Notes: generated by a model from the sequence alone, not told the origin. 64,000 nt of DNA from Bacteroidaceae bacterium (GCA_024401115.1 JAKSLP010000007.1:13869-77868), one strand, 5' to 3'; positions 1 through 10,527 are shown, counted from the stretch's first letter. Numbers and translations: made by a program.

Positions 1-1325
1 GTTTATTTGAAGTAACACAAAAAGTGCGTTCTGTCAATTATGAACGGCGGAAAAAGGCTCCCAATTATGCTTTTACAGGCAAATCATGCAATGATGTGGA
101 GTTGAAGAATCATCCGGAACTGGCCTTGGATTTCATTTCTGCCATTCCCCGGATGGCTTTTTATATCGATTACAGTACCCGCATTTATCAGATTTACCTG
201 AAGTACATTGCCGAGGAGGATATTCATGTCTATTCCATTGACGAGGTGTTTCTGGATGTGACAGACTATCTGAAATCCTATAAGATGAGTGCACACGACT
301 TGGCCATGACCATGATTCGTGATGTGCTGAAACAGACCGGAATAACGGCTACTGCAGGTATAGGTACCAATATGTATCTGGCTAAGATTGCCATGGATAT
401 TGTGGCCAAGCATATTCCTGCGGATAAGGATGGTGTGCGTATCGCGGAACTGGATGAGATGTCGTACCGCAGACAGTTGTGGAACCACAAGCCGCTCACC
501 AGTTTTTGGCGTGTAGGCCGGGGAATTGCCGAGAAACTGGCCCGTTACGGCATTGATACCATGGGCAAGATAGCACGGCAGTCGGTTAAGAATGAGGAAT
601 TGTTCTACCGTCTGTTTGGCGTTAATGCTGAATTACTGATCGACCATGCCTGGGGTTGGGAACCTTGTACGATTAGTGAGATAAAGGCTTATCGTCCTGA
701 AAACAATTCATTCAGCAGCGGACAGGTGCTGACATGCCCGTATGATTTTAAGAAGGCGCGTGTGGTCATACAGGAAATGGCAGATGGTGCAGCCCTGCAT
801 CTGGTTCATCATCGGATGAAGTGCAACCAACTGGTTCTGACTGTCGGTTATGATATTGAGAACCTGTCGGATCCGGATAGAGCAGCTGCCTATTCGGGAG
901 AAATAACCACGGATTATTACGGTCGCCAGGTGCCCAAACCGGCTCATGGCAGCATGAATCTTAACGGATATACCTCTTCCTCCTCCGAAATTATCAGTGC
1001 TGCCGCTTCGTTATTCGACCAGATTGTGGATAGAAGCTTACTCGTCCGCAGGATGTATCTGGTTACGAATCATGTAGTTGATGAGAATAAAGTGCAACAG
1101 GAAAGTTCGGCTCCCGTTCAGCTGGATCTGTTTACTGATTACGATGCCTTGCAAAAGGAAAAAGAGGTTAAGGAAGAGAAACTGGCCAAGGAACGACGGA
1201 TTCAGGAGACTTTACTGGATATCAAGAAGCGTTTTGGAAAAAACGCCATCCTCAAAGGCTTGAATTTTGAGGATGGCGCTACAGCCAAGGACCGCAATCA
1301 GCAGATTGGCGGTCATAAGGCCTGA
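1..1325 (+). CDS. Y-family (UmuC/DinB-like) translesion DNA polymerase, 5' end cut by window edge
   Basis: The frame stays open upstream of the GTG at 24 to the window edge. Motifs YSIDEVFLDVTDY and TATAGIGTNMYLAKIAMD plus a C-terminal LDLF...IKKRFGKNAI tail fit the ImpB/MucB/SamB family. The N-terminal catalytic region is missing. Confidence 0.88.
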   Translation, partial: LFEVTQKVRSVNYERRKKAPNYAFTGKSCNDVELKNHPELALDFISAIPRMAFYIDYSTRIYQIYLKYIAEEDIHVYSIDEVFLDVTDYLKSYKMSAHDLAMTMIRDVLKQTGITATAGIGTNMYLAKIAMDIVAKHIPADKDGVRIAELDEMSYRRQLWNHKPLTSFWRVGRGIAEKLARYGIDTMGKIARQSVKNEELFYRLFGVNAELLIDHAWGWEPCTISEIKAYRPENNSFSSGQVLTCPYDFKKARVVIQEMADGAALHLVHHRMKCNQLVLTVGYDIENLSDPDRAAAYSGEITTDYYGRQVPKPAHGSMNLNGYTSSSSEIISAAASLFDQIVDRSLLVRRMYLVTNHVVDENKVQQESSAPVQLDLFTDYDALQKEKEVKEEKLAKERRIQETLLDIKKRFGKNAILKGLNFEDGATAKDRNQQIGGHKA

Positions 1326-1329
1326 AAAT

Positions 1330-1626
1330 TTATCCGTACATTTCGATTACAGCCTTCAATTCGTGCAGCGGCTGTGCCCCACTCTGTCGCCATACCACCT
1401 TTCCGTCCTTGTATAACATCAGGGTTGGGACTGACTGTACTCGGAATTGCTCTGCTATCTGCTGGTTCCTGTCTACATCCAGTTTGATAATGCGTATGGC
1501 GGTCCCCATGTCTTCTTTCAGATCCTCCAGTATCGGATGCATCTTTTGACAAGGACCGCACCAGGTGGCATAGAAGTCCACCAAAACCAGCGGACTGTTG
1601 CTAATGATTTCATTGAATTTATCCAT
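1330..1626 (-). CDS. trxA: thioredoxin
   Basis: WCGPC active site (FYATWCGPCQ). About 98 aa from MDKFNEI (ATG at 1626); the ORF could extend to 1668. Confidence 0.9.
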   Translation of the reverse strand: MDKFNEIISNSPLVLVDFYATWCGPCQKMHPILEDLKEDMGTAIRIIKLDVDRNQQIAEQFRVQSVPTLMLYKDGKVVWRQSGAQPLHELKAVIEMYG

Positions 1627-1746
1627 ATCTTTCCTTTTATCATAAAGGAAACAAGAGCCGTGCCACATGACAAAATTTCGAAAATTGGCAGTAGGATGAT
1701 GGCCAAAAGGAAATTTTGTCTTATTTTTGTACCTAAATCAGGTCAT

Positions 1747-1956
1747 ATGGAAGATAATTTTGAGGATATCATCAACTTACCCCATCACGTTTCACCCGAT
1801 CATCCACAGATGAGCATGAGAAACCGTGCAGGACAGTTTGCACCCTTTGCAGCCTTGACGGGTCACGACGATGCCATCCGTAAGACCGCCATCCGGCATG
1901 AGGACGATATGATTAAGGAAGAAGAGGATAAAAAAATAAACCCTGAGTATGAGTAA
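1747..1956 (+). CDS. YolD-like small protein (Y-family polymerase accessory)
   Basis: 69 aa from the ATG at 1747. The MSMRNRAGQFAPFAALTGHDDAI motif resembles the YolD-like family. The longer ORF from 1447 runs antisense to trx and is not used. Confidence 0.55.
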   Translation: MEDNFEDIINLPHHVSPDHPQMSMRNRAGQFAPFAALTGHDDAIRKTAIRHEDDMIKEEEDKKINPEYE

Positions 1957-1966
1957 CTCAGGGTTT
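1938..1966. terminator. bidirectional hairpin between the YolD-like and M14 genes
   Basis: AAACCCTGAGT / ACTCAGGGTTT 11-bp stem spanning the stop codon. Confidence 0.55.
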
Positions 1967-1973
1967 AGTGTTC

Positions 1974-4526
1974 TTATCGGATCATATTGCCGAAGAAGAT
2001 GGCATTCATGAACATTCGTGTTCCGGCCAGCCATGAGCTTCGGAAGTTCAGGTCGTCTGCAAAGTTGATGACCGTTCCAGAACCGTTCCTGTTGCAGATA
2101 GCCTCAGGCATGCCCTTCAGTGATTCCTTGTGCTTCTCGCGCAGGAAACCCGACATCAGTGGATTCTGCTTGTCGTACCATACAGGGCATTTGTTAACCT
2201 CCTTAGGCATCTCAAATACCAAAGTGCTGTTCTTCAGTACAGGCATGCTGTTCTGGGTATATCCCCAACCCAATGGATGAGTGGTGTCAACGGTCACTCT
2301 CAGGTCGGTTCCTGGAATGGTGTACATGTCATTCACGTCTGAACGCTTGTCGTATGCCACGTATGCTGCACTATCTGGCTTCTCCAGTGTCTTCACCTTA
2401 ATGTCAGACAGTTTTGCGCGATTGGTAAAGGTATATGCACGGCCGATGGTAATCAGTGTACCGCCTGCCTTAACCCATTCCGCAATCTTCTCTTCCACTT
2501 CCTTGCCGCCGGATGGAGCACTGTCCATAATCAGTACGTTGTAACGGGTCAGATCCATGCGGGCAATAGTGGTAGCATCCAGCAGTGTCGGTTGCATCTG
2601 GAATCGGTAGTTCAATAAGAACCAGATGCTTCCGGTGCTTCCATAGCCATTGGTCAGGATGCCGACTTTTGGCTGTTTAATTGTCTTGTTGTATAGATGT
2701 CCCAGGTCATAGTCGGTCATCTGGCTGGTGCTTACTGAACGGACATTGATACCGGTTTCCTTAGCCAACTTGCTGATAGCGTTATAAATAGAATCCTGAG
2801 AAACCTTCTGTCCTGCTACAGGAACAATCAGCATACCGGGGCCATAGCCGTAACCTGCAGCCGATTTACCTCCCTCGCCGGATACCATAACGCGGATATT
2901 GCCCTCCAACAGGCGGTTTACCATCAGTGGTGCGTAGTATTCCTTGTTGTCGAACAGGTAAGCATAATTGCTTTTTCCGTTAATTACCTGACCTTCAGGG
3001 AATGATGGTGTTTCAATTACATCTCCGCCTAAACCGGCTGCCGACTTCATCTCTGCATAGTTCAAACCGTATGCCTCTGGCATGTTCCATACAGAAAGGT
3101 CGTAGAACAGACTGTCCTTGAACTCGGTGTTGGTGTCGAACAGCGAGCGCAACAGGATGCTGTGCTTCTGCTCTGCCGGTACGAAGAAGGAATTGGCGGT
3201 ATCATAGGTGTGGCCGTTGACTGTAGTGGTCTTTGCCAGCTTGCGTACCTCCAGGTTGTGACTGCGCAGCATCTCGATGAAGTGGAACGATACCGCCTCA
3301 CTGCCGTTGCCGTCGAATACCCAACCCTTTACCGGCATCTTCTTTGCCTCGTTGTAACGCTCCTTGGCAAAGCGGTTCATGTACTCGTTCAGTTTCTCGC
3401 GCATGTCGTATGCCGCATGAATGGTACCAAACGCACAGGTGCTCTGGTTGCGGATGGTTGATGGGAAGGTAACCTCACCGTTTTCTGTATCCTGAACGTG
3501 ACCGCGGCTTGATGGCTGCTCGAACAGCATGGCTACCGAGCCCAGGACATCGCTGTAGACATCGCCGGTTCCCAATGACCAGCTGTCAAACTCGTCCTTG
3601 GAAAGGTACAGGGTACCGATGCGGTCCAATGCCTTCATGTTATACTGAGAAATCTGCAAGGTCAGATCGCGGTTTTCCTGAGGAATGATAGGATTGTAAC
3701 CCACTGGATCGGCAGGCTCCAGGAAGAAGAACTGGTTGGTTCCCTTCTCGTGATGGTCGTCAACGGTATTAGGCATCCAGTCGTGATAAACCTTCAGAAT
3801 GGCCTTCAACTCAGGCTGGGTAACATTAATCCAGTCACGGTTCAGGTCGTGCCAGTAGTGGTTGACGCGGCTGCTAGGGCTATACTCGCGGAACTCAATA
3901 CTCTGAGGGTCGATGACATTTCTCAAACTGCGGTGAGAGTTTACCCATGAGGCAAATCGGGTGATACCGTCAGGGTTCTGTCCCGGAATCAGACAGATGA
4001 CCGTCTTATCCAGCAACTCGTCGATTTCCTGACCCTGAGCAGCTGCAAAGAAATAAGCCAAAGGCAAGGAACTGTTCACGCCGGAAGGCTCATTACCGTG
4101 AATAGACTCCATAATCTCGCACACTACAGGCTGGCTCTTTACGTCAACATTGGCATTAGGATCAGCCAGCTGCTGGTGAGCCTTGCGGATAGATTCCAGG
4201 TTCTGCTGGTTCTTCTCGCTGGTGATTACCACACAGATAATAGGACGGTTCTCGTGTGTGCGTCCGTATTCCTTGATACTGATTCGTGGTGAAACACTGG
4301 CCAGCTTCTGCATGTAATACACTACCTGTTCCCAGATAACATGCTGCTGGCCCACTTCGAATCCCAGTTCCTGCTTTGGAGTAGGAATAGCCGGATTCAA
4401 GGTGTACTGCCACTCTTGAGGCATGTAATAACTCAGTGGCTCGCAGTAGGTTGTAGGCTTAGGCTGAGCCATTGCTGCACCTGTTGAAAGCAGAGCCATT
4501 GAGGCTGCTAAAATCATCTTTTTCAT
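1974..4526 (-). CDS. M14 family zinc carboxypeptidase, secreted
   Basis: N-terminal signal peptide; SIHGNEPSG (HxxE zinc ligand motif of M14); 850 aa. Confidence 0.85.
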   Translation of the reverse strand: MKKMILAASMALLSTGAAMAQPKPTTYCEPLSYYMPQEWQYTLNPAIPTPKQELGFEVGQQHVIWEQVVYYMQKLASVSPRISIKEYGRTHENRPIICVVITSEKNQQNLESIRKAHQQLADPNANVDVKSQPVVCEIMESIHGNEPSGVNSSLPLAYFFAAAQGQEIDELLDKTVICLIPGQNPDGITRFASWVNSHRSLRNVIDPQSIEFREYSPSSRVNHYWHDLNRDWINVTQPELKAILKVYHDWMPNTVDDHHEKGTNQFFFLEPADPVGYNPIIPQENRDLTLQISQYNMKALDRIGTLYLSKDEFDSWSLGTGDVYSDVLGSVAMLFEQPSSRGHVQDTENGEVTFPSTIRNQSTCAFGTIHAAYDMREKLNEYMNRFAKERYNEAKKMPVKGWVFDGNGSEAVSFHFIEMLRSHNLEVRKLAKTTTVNGHTYDTANSFFVPAEQKHSILLRSLFDTNTEFKDSLFYDLSVWNMPEAYGLNYAEMKSAAGLGGDVIETPSFPEGQVINGKSNYAYLFDNKEYYAPLMVNRLLEGNIRVMVSGEGGKSAAGYGYGPGMLIVPVAGQKVSQDSIYNAISKLAKETGINVRSVSTSQMTDYDLGHLYNKTIKQPKVGILTNGYGSTGSIWFLLNYRFQMQPTLLDATTIARMDLTRYNVLIMDSAPSGGKEVEEKIAEWVKAGGTLITIGRAYTFTNRAKLSDIKVKTLEKPDSAAYVAYDKRSDVNDMYTIPGTDLRVTVDTTHPLGWGYTQNSMPVLKNSTLVFEMPKEVNKCPVWYDKQNPLMSGFLREKHKESLKGMPEAICNRNGSGTVINFADDLNFRSSWLAGTRMFMNAIFFGNMIR

Positions 4527-4544
4527 ATACTATATATTGTTATG

Positions 4545-5969
4545 TTACCATTTAAGTGAAACGGCCGAACGCGCCGGAACATGACACTGGAACTGCCGTT
4601 TACCGTCTGCAAAGGTCAGATCCATATCCGAAGTGTTAGCATTATTCAGTACCACAGCCAACGTGCCGTCAGGATTCTTAAAGGCTGAATAAGTCAGTCC
4701 CTCCTGCGTATAGCCACTGGTTCCTACTCTCACTGCATCGGGTAGGATGACACTGCTCAGGTGAGCAATGACATAATAATGGCTGTTACGTGTAATTTTG
4801 GTGTAATCCATGTTGATATCCACGGCACCGTAACACGTCTGGCAGCCACCGGGACGGTTAGGGCCTTTCTCCTCGTCCAGCATCAGGTTCCAGACAATGA
4901 CACCCTTACACCAGCGGTTCAGTGTACCTGTGCCTAATTCCTCCATGTCTTCATTCAGATGGCGCTCCAGGTTGCGACCGTCATTCCAGGTTCCGATACT
5001 AGTCTCTGTAAAGACCAGGTCTTTTCCAGGAGTGGCGTTATGGACGGCTATCAATTCGTCTTTCTTTCCGCCATAGTTATGGAAAGCACCGCCTGCCAGG
5101 TATTTGTTCGCTTCAGGATCCTGGTACATCTTACCCACATAATCCTTCTGCGACTCAATATTATCATAATTATAATTATGGTCGAATGCAAAGATTTTGG
5201 TCTTTAATCCGGCCTTTTCGATTTCAGGTCCCAGGACCTTTACGAAAGCGGCCTCTTCGTCCCATGGCATATAGCATGAGACAGAATTTCCTCTGTTCAG
5301 CGGCTCATTCTGAGGTGTGACGCTATAAATAGGAATACCCGCTTGCTGGAAAGCCTGAATCCACTTAATGAAATAAGTGGCGTAATCTTTGTAAAGATTA
5401 GGATTCAGTGAACCGCTGGTCCATCCGTCCCAAGGTTCCATACTCTGTAAGTCCTTCACCTTCATCCATTTGGGAGGAGTCCATGGTGTACCCATGATTT
5501 TCAGGTTAGGATTGATGCTCAGAATCTGCTGAAGAATAGGGATGACCAGTGTGGTTTCTTCATCAGTCAGGCCAAAGTTCTCAATGCCCGGAGTATCGCA
5601 ACAGGTATATTCATCCAGTGAAAAATCACTGGCACCTATAGATACGCGGCAATAGCTGAATCCATAGCCTGATGAGGGATTGAAAGTCTCTTCCAGGAAA
5701 CGGGTACGGCTCTCGGGAGTCATTCGCATCAGGTTGTAACAGGTGGAACCCGTAATGGCCACTCCAAAACCATCCATGGTCTGATAGGTTTCATTGGGCA
5801 GCAGTTGAATGACGTTGGATCCCTTGGTGGACGAGAACGGCAGACGTGATTCTGCTAGATCCATCTGGCGGTCACTTGTCGTACTGATCATTTTTACATC
5901 CTGAGCCTTTACTGCTGAGGCTAATGCCACTAAGGTGGCAAGTGTCGTGAATCGTAATGTGTGTTTCAT
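4545..5969 (-). CDS. glycoside hydrolase family 30 (glucosylceramidase-like)
   Basis: Signal peptide; motifs GFGVAITGS, TPWTPPKWMK and SVTPQNEP typical of GH30. Confidence 0.82.
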   Translation of the reverse strand: MKHTLRFTTLATLVALASAVKAQDVKMISTTSDRQMDLAESRLPFSSTKGSNVIQLLPNETYQTMDGFGVAITGSTCYNLMRMTPESRTRFLEETFNPSSGYGFSYCRVSIGASDFSLDEYTCCDTPGIENFGLTDEETTLVIPILQQILSINPNLKIMGTPWTPPKWMKVKDLQSMEPWDGWTSGSLNPNLYKDYATYFIKWIQAFQQAGIPIYSVTPQNEPLNRGNSVSCYMPWDEEAAFVKVLGPEIEKAGLKTKIFAFDHNYNYDNIESQKDYVGKMYQDPEANKYLAGGAFHNYGGKKDELIAVHNATPGKDLVFTETSIGTWNDGRNLERHLNEDMEELGTGTLNRWCKGVIVWNLMLDEEKGPNRPGGCQTCYGAVDINMDYTKITRNSHYYVIAHLSSVILPDAVRVGTSGYTQEGLTYSAFKNPDGTLAVVLNNANTSDMDLTFADGKRQFQCHVPARSAVSLKW

Positions 5970-5979
5970 ATTGCAGGAT

Positions 5980-6618
5980 TTATATTTTCAGATAACTCAT
6001 ATATTCATCATAGTCAATGTAACGACCTCCCATCGACTTCAGATGACCAGTTTCCAGTTGACAGTCAATCATATCCCCTCCAAAAGACTCCATCCATCTG
6101 GCCAGGGCGATCAATGCCACCTTGCTGGCACTGGGTTCCAGTGAGAACATGCTCTCACCTATGAATGACTTCTTGATAGTCACGCCGTAAAGTCCGCCTA
6201 CCAGGCGATCGCCGTGCCAAACCTCCACACTGCGGCATAAGCCTAAGCGGTGTAGTTTGGTATATGCCTCGGTCATATCCGTTCCTAGCCATGCACCATC
6301 CTGGTCCTTGCGCAAGTCGCCGCAATGCTTGATCACCCGGTCAAAACATTCATTGAAACTCACTTCATACTTGCCGCTGTTCAGTAGTGTGCGCATGGAG
6401 TGCGAGACATGGATTTCCGAAGGAAAGATTACAAACCGTTTCATCGGGCACCACCACTGAATCTGTCCGTGAGCATAGGCATACCAGGGGAAAATGCCAT
6501 TCATATAGGCCAGAATCAGTCGTTCCGGTGAAAGGTCTCCACCTATAGCCAGCAGACCGTCCTCCTCGCCAAGGTGTGGATCCGGAAAGACTATTTCTTC
6601 ATTAAGCTGAAATATCAT
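5980..6618 (-). CDS. aat: leucyl/phenylalanyl-tRNA--protein transferase
   Basis: LLAIGGDLSPERLILAYMNGIFPWY and FIGESMFS motifs; 4-nt overlap with the clpA stop. Confidence 0.9.
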   Translation of the reverse strand: MIFQLNEEIVFPDPHLGEEDGLLAIGGDLSPERLILAYMNGIFPWYAYAHGQIQWWCPMKRFVIFPSEIHVSHSMRTLLNSGKYEVSFNECFDRVIKHCGDLRKDQDGAWLGTDMTEAYTKLHRLGLCRSVEVWHGDRLVGGLYGVTIKKSFIGESMFSLEPSASKVALIALARWMESFGGDMIDCQLETGHLKSMGGRYIDYDEYMSYLKI

Positions 6619-8819
6619 AGAGTTAATGATCCGTTTACAAGTTTAACATCGGCAGTTCCGCCTTTTTTCAGTTTACCGAACAAGATTTCCTGCATCAGCA
6701 GGCGATTCAGGTTCTGCTGCAGGATTCGGTCCATCTCACGTGCACCATATTCCTTGTTGAAACCTTTCTCCAACAGGTAATTATGTGCCTCTTCACTCAG
6801 GTTCAGCACTACATTCTTGGCGGTGAGCTTGGTTTGCAGTTGCCGCAGTTTCTTGTCCAGAATCATCGAGGCCATGGTGCGGTCCATGTCGTTAAACACT
6901 AAGGTGCCGCTCAGTCGGTTCAGAAATTCCGGCTTGAAACTCTTCTTCACCTGCTTCATCATGGCATCGCCAGCGGTTACCTGACTGGCAAATCCTACAG
7001 ATGCCTGGTTGGCAAACTGTGCACCGGCATTACTGGTCATGATCAGAATCACGTGCCGGAAATCAGCCTTATTACCCTTGCTGTCAGTCAGTTTGGCGTA
7101 ATCCATCACCTGCAGCAGGATGTTAAATACATCCGGATGGGCTTTCTCTATCTCATCCAGCAACAACACACAGTTGGGCGATTTCCGTATGGCGTCCGTC
7201 AGCAGACCGCCGTCATCATAGCCCACATATCCGGCAGGCGATCCGATAAGTTTGGCCACGGTATGGCGCTCGCTATATTCACTCATGTCAAAGCGCACCA
7301 GATTGATTCCCAGCTCATAGGCCAGGACCTTAGCCACCTCGGTCTTTCCCACTCCGGTGGGTCCCACGAACAGCAGACTGGCCATGGGTTTCTCGTCATC
7401 CGATAGACCCGCCTTGGCCATCTGTACGGCCTCGACCAACTGATTTACCGCCATATCCTGACCGTAAATCTTGCTCAGCATACGTTTTGACAGCGTCTTT
7501 AATTCCTGGTTATTAGCCTCTTTCAGTATATTGGCATCTATCTTGCATATCCGTCCCAGCACCTGCGTCAGCATATCCATCGTCACGGTTTTCTTGCCGG
7601 TCTCCATGGCCTGCATCTTACAGAACGTGGCCGTTTCATCCATCAGGTCGATGGCCTTATCCGGTAGGAAGCGGTCACTAATATAGCGTGCGCTCAACTT
7701 AACCACCTCTTCCAGTACTCCCTTCTTGAATTTCACGTCATGGTATTTCTCGAACGACTTGGATAGCTTGGTGATAATCTCTATGGTCTCCTCGATAGAA
7801 GGTTCCGGGATGTCAATCTGCTGGAATCTGCGTACCAATCCCTTGTTTTTGGAGAAATAGCGGTTGTATTCCTCATAGGTAGTGGAACCGATAAATCTGA
7901 TTGAACCGTCTTCCAGATATGGCTTGATGACATTTCCGGCATCCATCGATCCCTCTCCTCCTCCGGCACCTATCAGGTTATGAATGTCATCGATATACAG
8001 AATTACATTCCCCTCGCTTCTGGCACCTTCCATGATGGATTTCAGCCGGCGTTCCATGTCGCCTCTAAACTGCGCTGAGGCCATGATGCTGGCTAAATCC
8101 AGTTCATAGATGGTGCAATCCACCAGTTTGCCCACTTTTTTGGCATCTTTTAAGTGTAAGGCCAGTCCGTGCACTAAGGCAGTTTTTCCCACTCCCGGTT
8201 CACCCAGCAGCAGCGGGTTGTTCTTATTCTTACGGCTCATGACCTGAATGATGCGCTGCATCTCGGCATCACGGCCAAACAGTACATATTTATCCGGTTC
8301 ATTGCTCAGACAGGTAACCAGATGATGCCACGAAGGCTCATTGTCCTCTTCATCCAGATCCACATCAATGCCTTCTGCCTCATAAAACTCATAGGCAGAA
8401 ATCAGGTTCGATGAGAAATCTTCATGAGTCTCATCACTGAAATTCTCTTTCAGTATATCGGCAGCCAGGGAGTGCGGCAACTGCATGATGCTGAATATCA
8501 AGTGCGTACATTCCAACTGATCTACTCCGGCGTTACGGACCATCTGCTCGGCAAGGCCAAAAGTACGTGCCAGTTGTGCCGAGGGTGTCTGCTTTACCTT
8601 CAATCCTTCGGGTATCCTTTCCTGTTGCTCAATTTGCAGCGCAAGCGCCTGCAGCAGCGGTTGGATGTCAATGTTTACATCCGAGGCCGACTCATGAAAC
8701 GGCTTCTGTTGCATAATCACATACAGCAGATGCTCGGGAGTTACATATTCCTGACGCAGTTTCTCTGCCAAGTGGAATGCCTGCGTCAAGGCAGCTGTTA
8801 CAAAAGAACTTTGCGTCAT
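6615..8819 (-). CDS. clpA: ATP-dependent Clp protease ATP-binding subunit ClpA
   Basis: Two AAA+ modules with Walker A GEPGVGKT and GPTGVGKT; Clp N-domain; no long ClpB-type middle domain; directly follows clpS. Confidence 0.93.
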   Translation of the reverse strand: MTQSSFVTAALTQAFHLAEKLRQEYVTPEHLLYVIMQQKPFHESASDVNIDIQPLLQALALQIEQQERIPEGLKVKQTPSAQLARTFGLAEQMVRNAGVDQLECTHLIFSIMQLPHSLAADILKENFSDETHEDFSSNLISAYEFYEAEGIDVDLDEEDNEPSWHHLVTCLSNEPDKYVLFGRDAEMQRIIQVMSRKNKNNPLLLGEPGVGKTALVHGLALHLKDAKKVGKLVDCTIYELDLASIMASAQFRGDMERRLKSIMEGARSEGNVILYIDDIHNLIGAGGGEGSMDAGNVIKPYLEDGSIRFIGSTTYEEYNRYFSKNKGLVRRFQQIDIPEPSIEETIEIITKLSKSFEKYHDVKFKKGVLEEVVKLSARYISDRFLPDKAIDLMDETATFCKMQAMETGKKTVTMDMLTQVLGRICKIDANILKEANNQELKTLSKRMLSKIYGQDMAVNQLVEAVQMAKAGLSDDEKPMASLLFVGPTGVGKTEVAKVLAYELGINLVRFDMSEYSERHTVAKLIGSPAGYVGYDDGGLLTDAIRKSPNCVLLLDEIEKAHPDVFNILLQVMDYAKLTDSKGNKADFRHVILIMTSNAGAQFANQASVGFASQVTAGDAMMKQVKKSFKPEFLNRLSGTLVFNDMDRTMASMILDKKLRQLQTKLTAKNVVLNLSEEAHNYLLEKGFNKEYGAREMDRILQQNLNRLLMQEILFGKLKKGGTADVKLVNGSLTL

Positions 8820-8821
8820 AC

Positions 8822-9124
8822 TTATTCAGGAATTACGGTTAAGCGTAAGGGAAACTGCTCCTCTCGCGCCATACGGGTAGCCTTTGCCACTTTCGATGTG
8901 GCTATATCATATGAATATATACCCACTACAGCCTGTCCGCTCTTGTGAACGGTCATCATCAGTTCCTCTGCTTCCTTTGAGGTCTTATAAAATACGATTT
9001 TCAGTACCGACACCACAAAATCCATTGTAGTGAAGTCGTCATTATATATAATAACTTTGAATCTTTCCGGTTCCATCAGCCGGTCCCGAGTCTGTTTTTT
9101 CCCTCCTGTACTTACTTGCTCCAT
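8822..9124 (-). CDS. clpS: ClpS adaptor protein
   Basis: FKVIIYNDDFTTMDFVVSVL core; 100 aa; 2 nt upstream of clpA. Confidence 0.92.
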   Translation of the reverse strand: MEQVSTGGKKQTRDRLMEPERFKVIIYNDDFTTMDFVVSVLKIVFYKTSKEAEELMMTVHKSGQAVVGIYSYDIATSKVAKATRMAREEQFPLRLTVIPE

Positions 9125-9165
9125 GTTTACTTTTCCGTGTCAGAAGTAAATAATTCTAACAGATG

Positions 9166-9173
9166 CAAAGATA
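9166..9173 (-). promoter_or_regulatory. Bacteroidetes -7 box TATCTTTG for clpS-clpA-aat
   Basis: Exact TAnnTTTG 42 nt upstream of the clpS ATG. Confidence 0.5.
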
Positions 9174-9253
9174 CGAATTATCCTCCCTTTTTCTTTGATA
9201 TATCGGGATTATTTCCGAGATTTGCATGAAATTACTTAATGTTGAGATAAGAA

Positions 9254-9640
9254 ATGAAGAAAATTGTATTAGTTTTAGTGACTTTGCTGATTGCTGCCGG
9301 CGCAGCAATGACATGTCCGGATCAGAAGGCCCACAAGTCTGCTCTGATGGCTACTGCCAATACTTACGTAGATGACAAGGTAGACAGTTCGGTAGGTACC
9401 AAGGGCATTGCCGGTGCCATTGGCCAGGGACTGAAGGCAGTAAAGAAGGCTGTCGGTGCACCTGCTGCCAGCTTATTGTTGGATAAGTATCTGGAAGTAG
9501 ATAATTACGGTATCCTGAGTGTCGGCAAGATTGTAAAGAAAGGCGATTCCAAGACCGTTTCCTTAGGAATTTTCGGTCATGTATTCACCCCTTCTACCGA
9601 GATGATAGACAAGGCATTAAACGAAAAGAGCGATAAATAA
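9254..9640 (+). CDS. hypothetical small secreted protein
   Basis: Signal peptide MKKIVLVLVTLLIAAGAAM; followed by a hairpin terminator; no family recognised. Confidence 0.6.
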   Translation: MKKIVLVLVTLLIAAGAAMTCPDQKAHKSALMATANTYVDDKVDSSVGTKGIAGAIGQGLKAVKKAVGAPAASLLLDKYLEVDNYGILSVGKIVKKGDSKTVSLGIFGHVFTPSTEMIDKALNEKSDK

Positions 9641-9657
9641 TTATCGCTCTTTTTTAT
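9626..9657 (+). terminator. rho-independent terminator
   Basis: AAGAGCGATAA-ATAA-TTATCGCTCTT followed by TTTTATTT. Confidence 0.7.
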
Positions 9658-10527
9658 TTAATAAACTGAAATAGCAATCTCTGCTCCGTTATCCCAGGCG
9701 TTCTTGATCAGGTCGCCGTTCCGGGTTACCTTACAGATGCTGATGTCATCACCCTGAACGTCCAGAACCTGTCCGCTTCCTATATACTGTCGGGCTATGC
9801 GTCCGGCAATCCGTTTTACGGTATACACATCCACCGTTGAATTTCTGAACAGGCGGTCCTGACTGCCCAGGTCGATATAGAACTCCTTCAGCTTCTGCTT
9901 CTTACCCTTCTCGAAACCCTTCTCCAGCATGTGTCCGCGCAGCGGGTATGCGCGTCGCAGTGAACTGGCGGCATCCACCCACAGGTTGTTCAGGGCTGCA
10001 TCGCGCAGGGCAGCCATGGTGTGGAACACACTTAGCCAGGCAGCACCCACCACCTGCTTGTTCACCACCACCTGCTTGGTCTTAGGGTTGGTCAGTGTGA
10101 TGTAAGCCACAATACGTGCCTCCTTATCCATCACCTTGTCATTCAGTCGCTCGGTGACATTACAGAAGATGACTTTACCGGTCAACTGCAGGCAACCCTT
10201 TTCCAGGTTCTCTGCCGATGGCTCACCCGAGAAGATCTGGAAACGGTTCACGTCTCTCAGACAGCCAGCCAGTGACTCCATGGCACCCGCCACCATCGAT
10301 TCATCCTCCACGCTCACCTCGCTGTTCAGCAAGCCGGTGATGACATTGGCGGTCTTCTGTCCCTTGGTCAGGGGCTCGTAGGTAAACTCACCCACATATA
10401 CCGGAATCATAGGGTTCTCGTACACCAGCAACTGCTCCTGTGGGGCATCCACCTCCTTGGGCAGGTCCTGTGCCATGACAGGCAGAACGGCCAAAGCGGC
10501 CAATAGGGTTATCAGTATTTTCTTCAT
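9658..10527 (-). CDS. hypothetical secreted protein (paralogue of 10539-11345)
   Basis: Signal peptide ending VMAQ. The C-terminal block FYIDLGSQDRLFRNSTVDVY...GDDISICKV resembles CYVDMGDGHGLIRDMRAYVL...GDEMSAWKI of the neighbouring gene. Confidence 0.6.
   Translation of the reverse strand: MKKILITLLAALAVLPVMAQDLPKEVDAPQEQLLVYENPMIPVYVGEFTYEPLTKGQKTANVITGLLNSEVSVEDESMVAGAMESLAGCLRDVNRFQIFSGEPSAENLEKGCLQLTGKVIFCNVTERLNDKVMDKEARIVAYITLTNPKTKQVVVNKQVVGAAWLSVFHTMAALRDAALNNLWVDAASSLRRAYPLRGHMLEKGFEKGKKQKLKEFYIDLGSQDRLFRNSTVDVYTVKRIAGRIARQYIGSGQVLDVQGDDISICKVTRNGDLIKNAWDNGAEIAISVY

Noticed and set aside
1447-1746. N-terminal extension of the YolD-like ORF (169-aa version).
   Set aside because: The extension runs antisense through the thioredoxin coding region. 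Only the last 69 codons look like a YolD-type protein.
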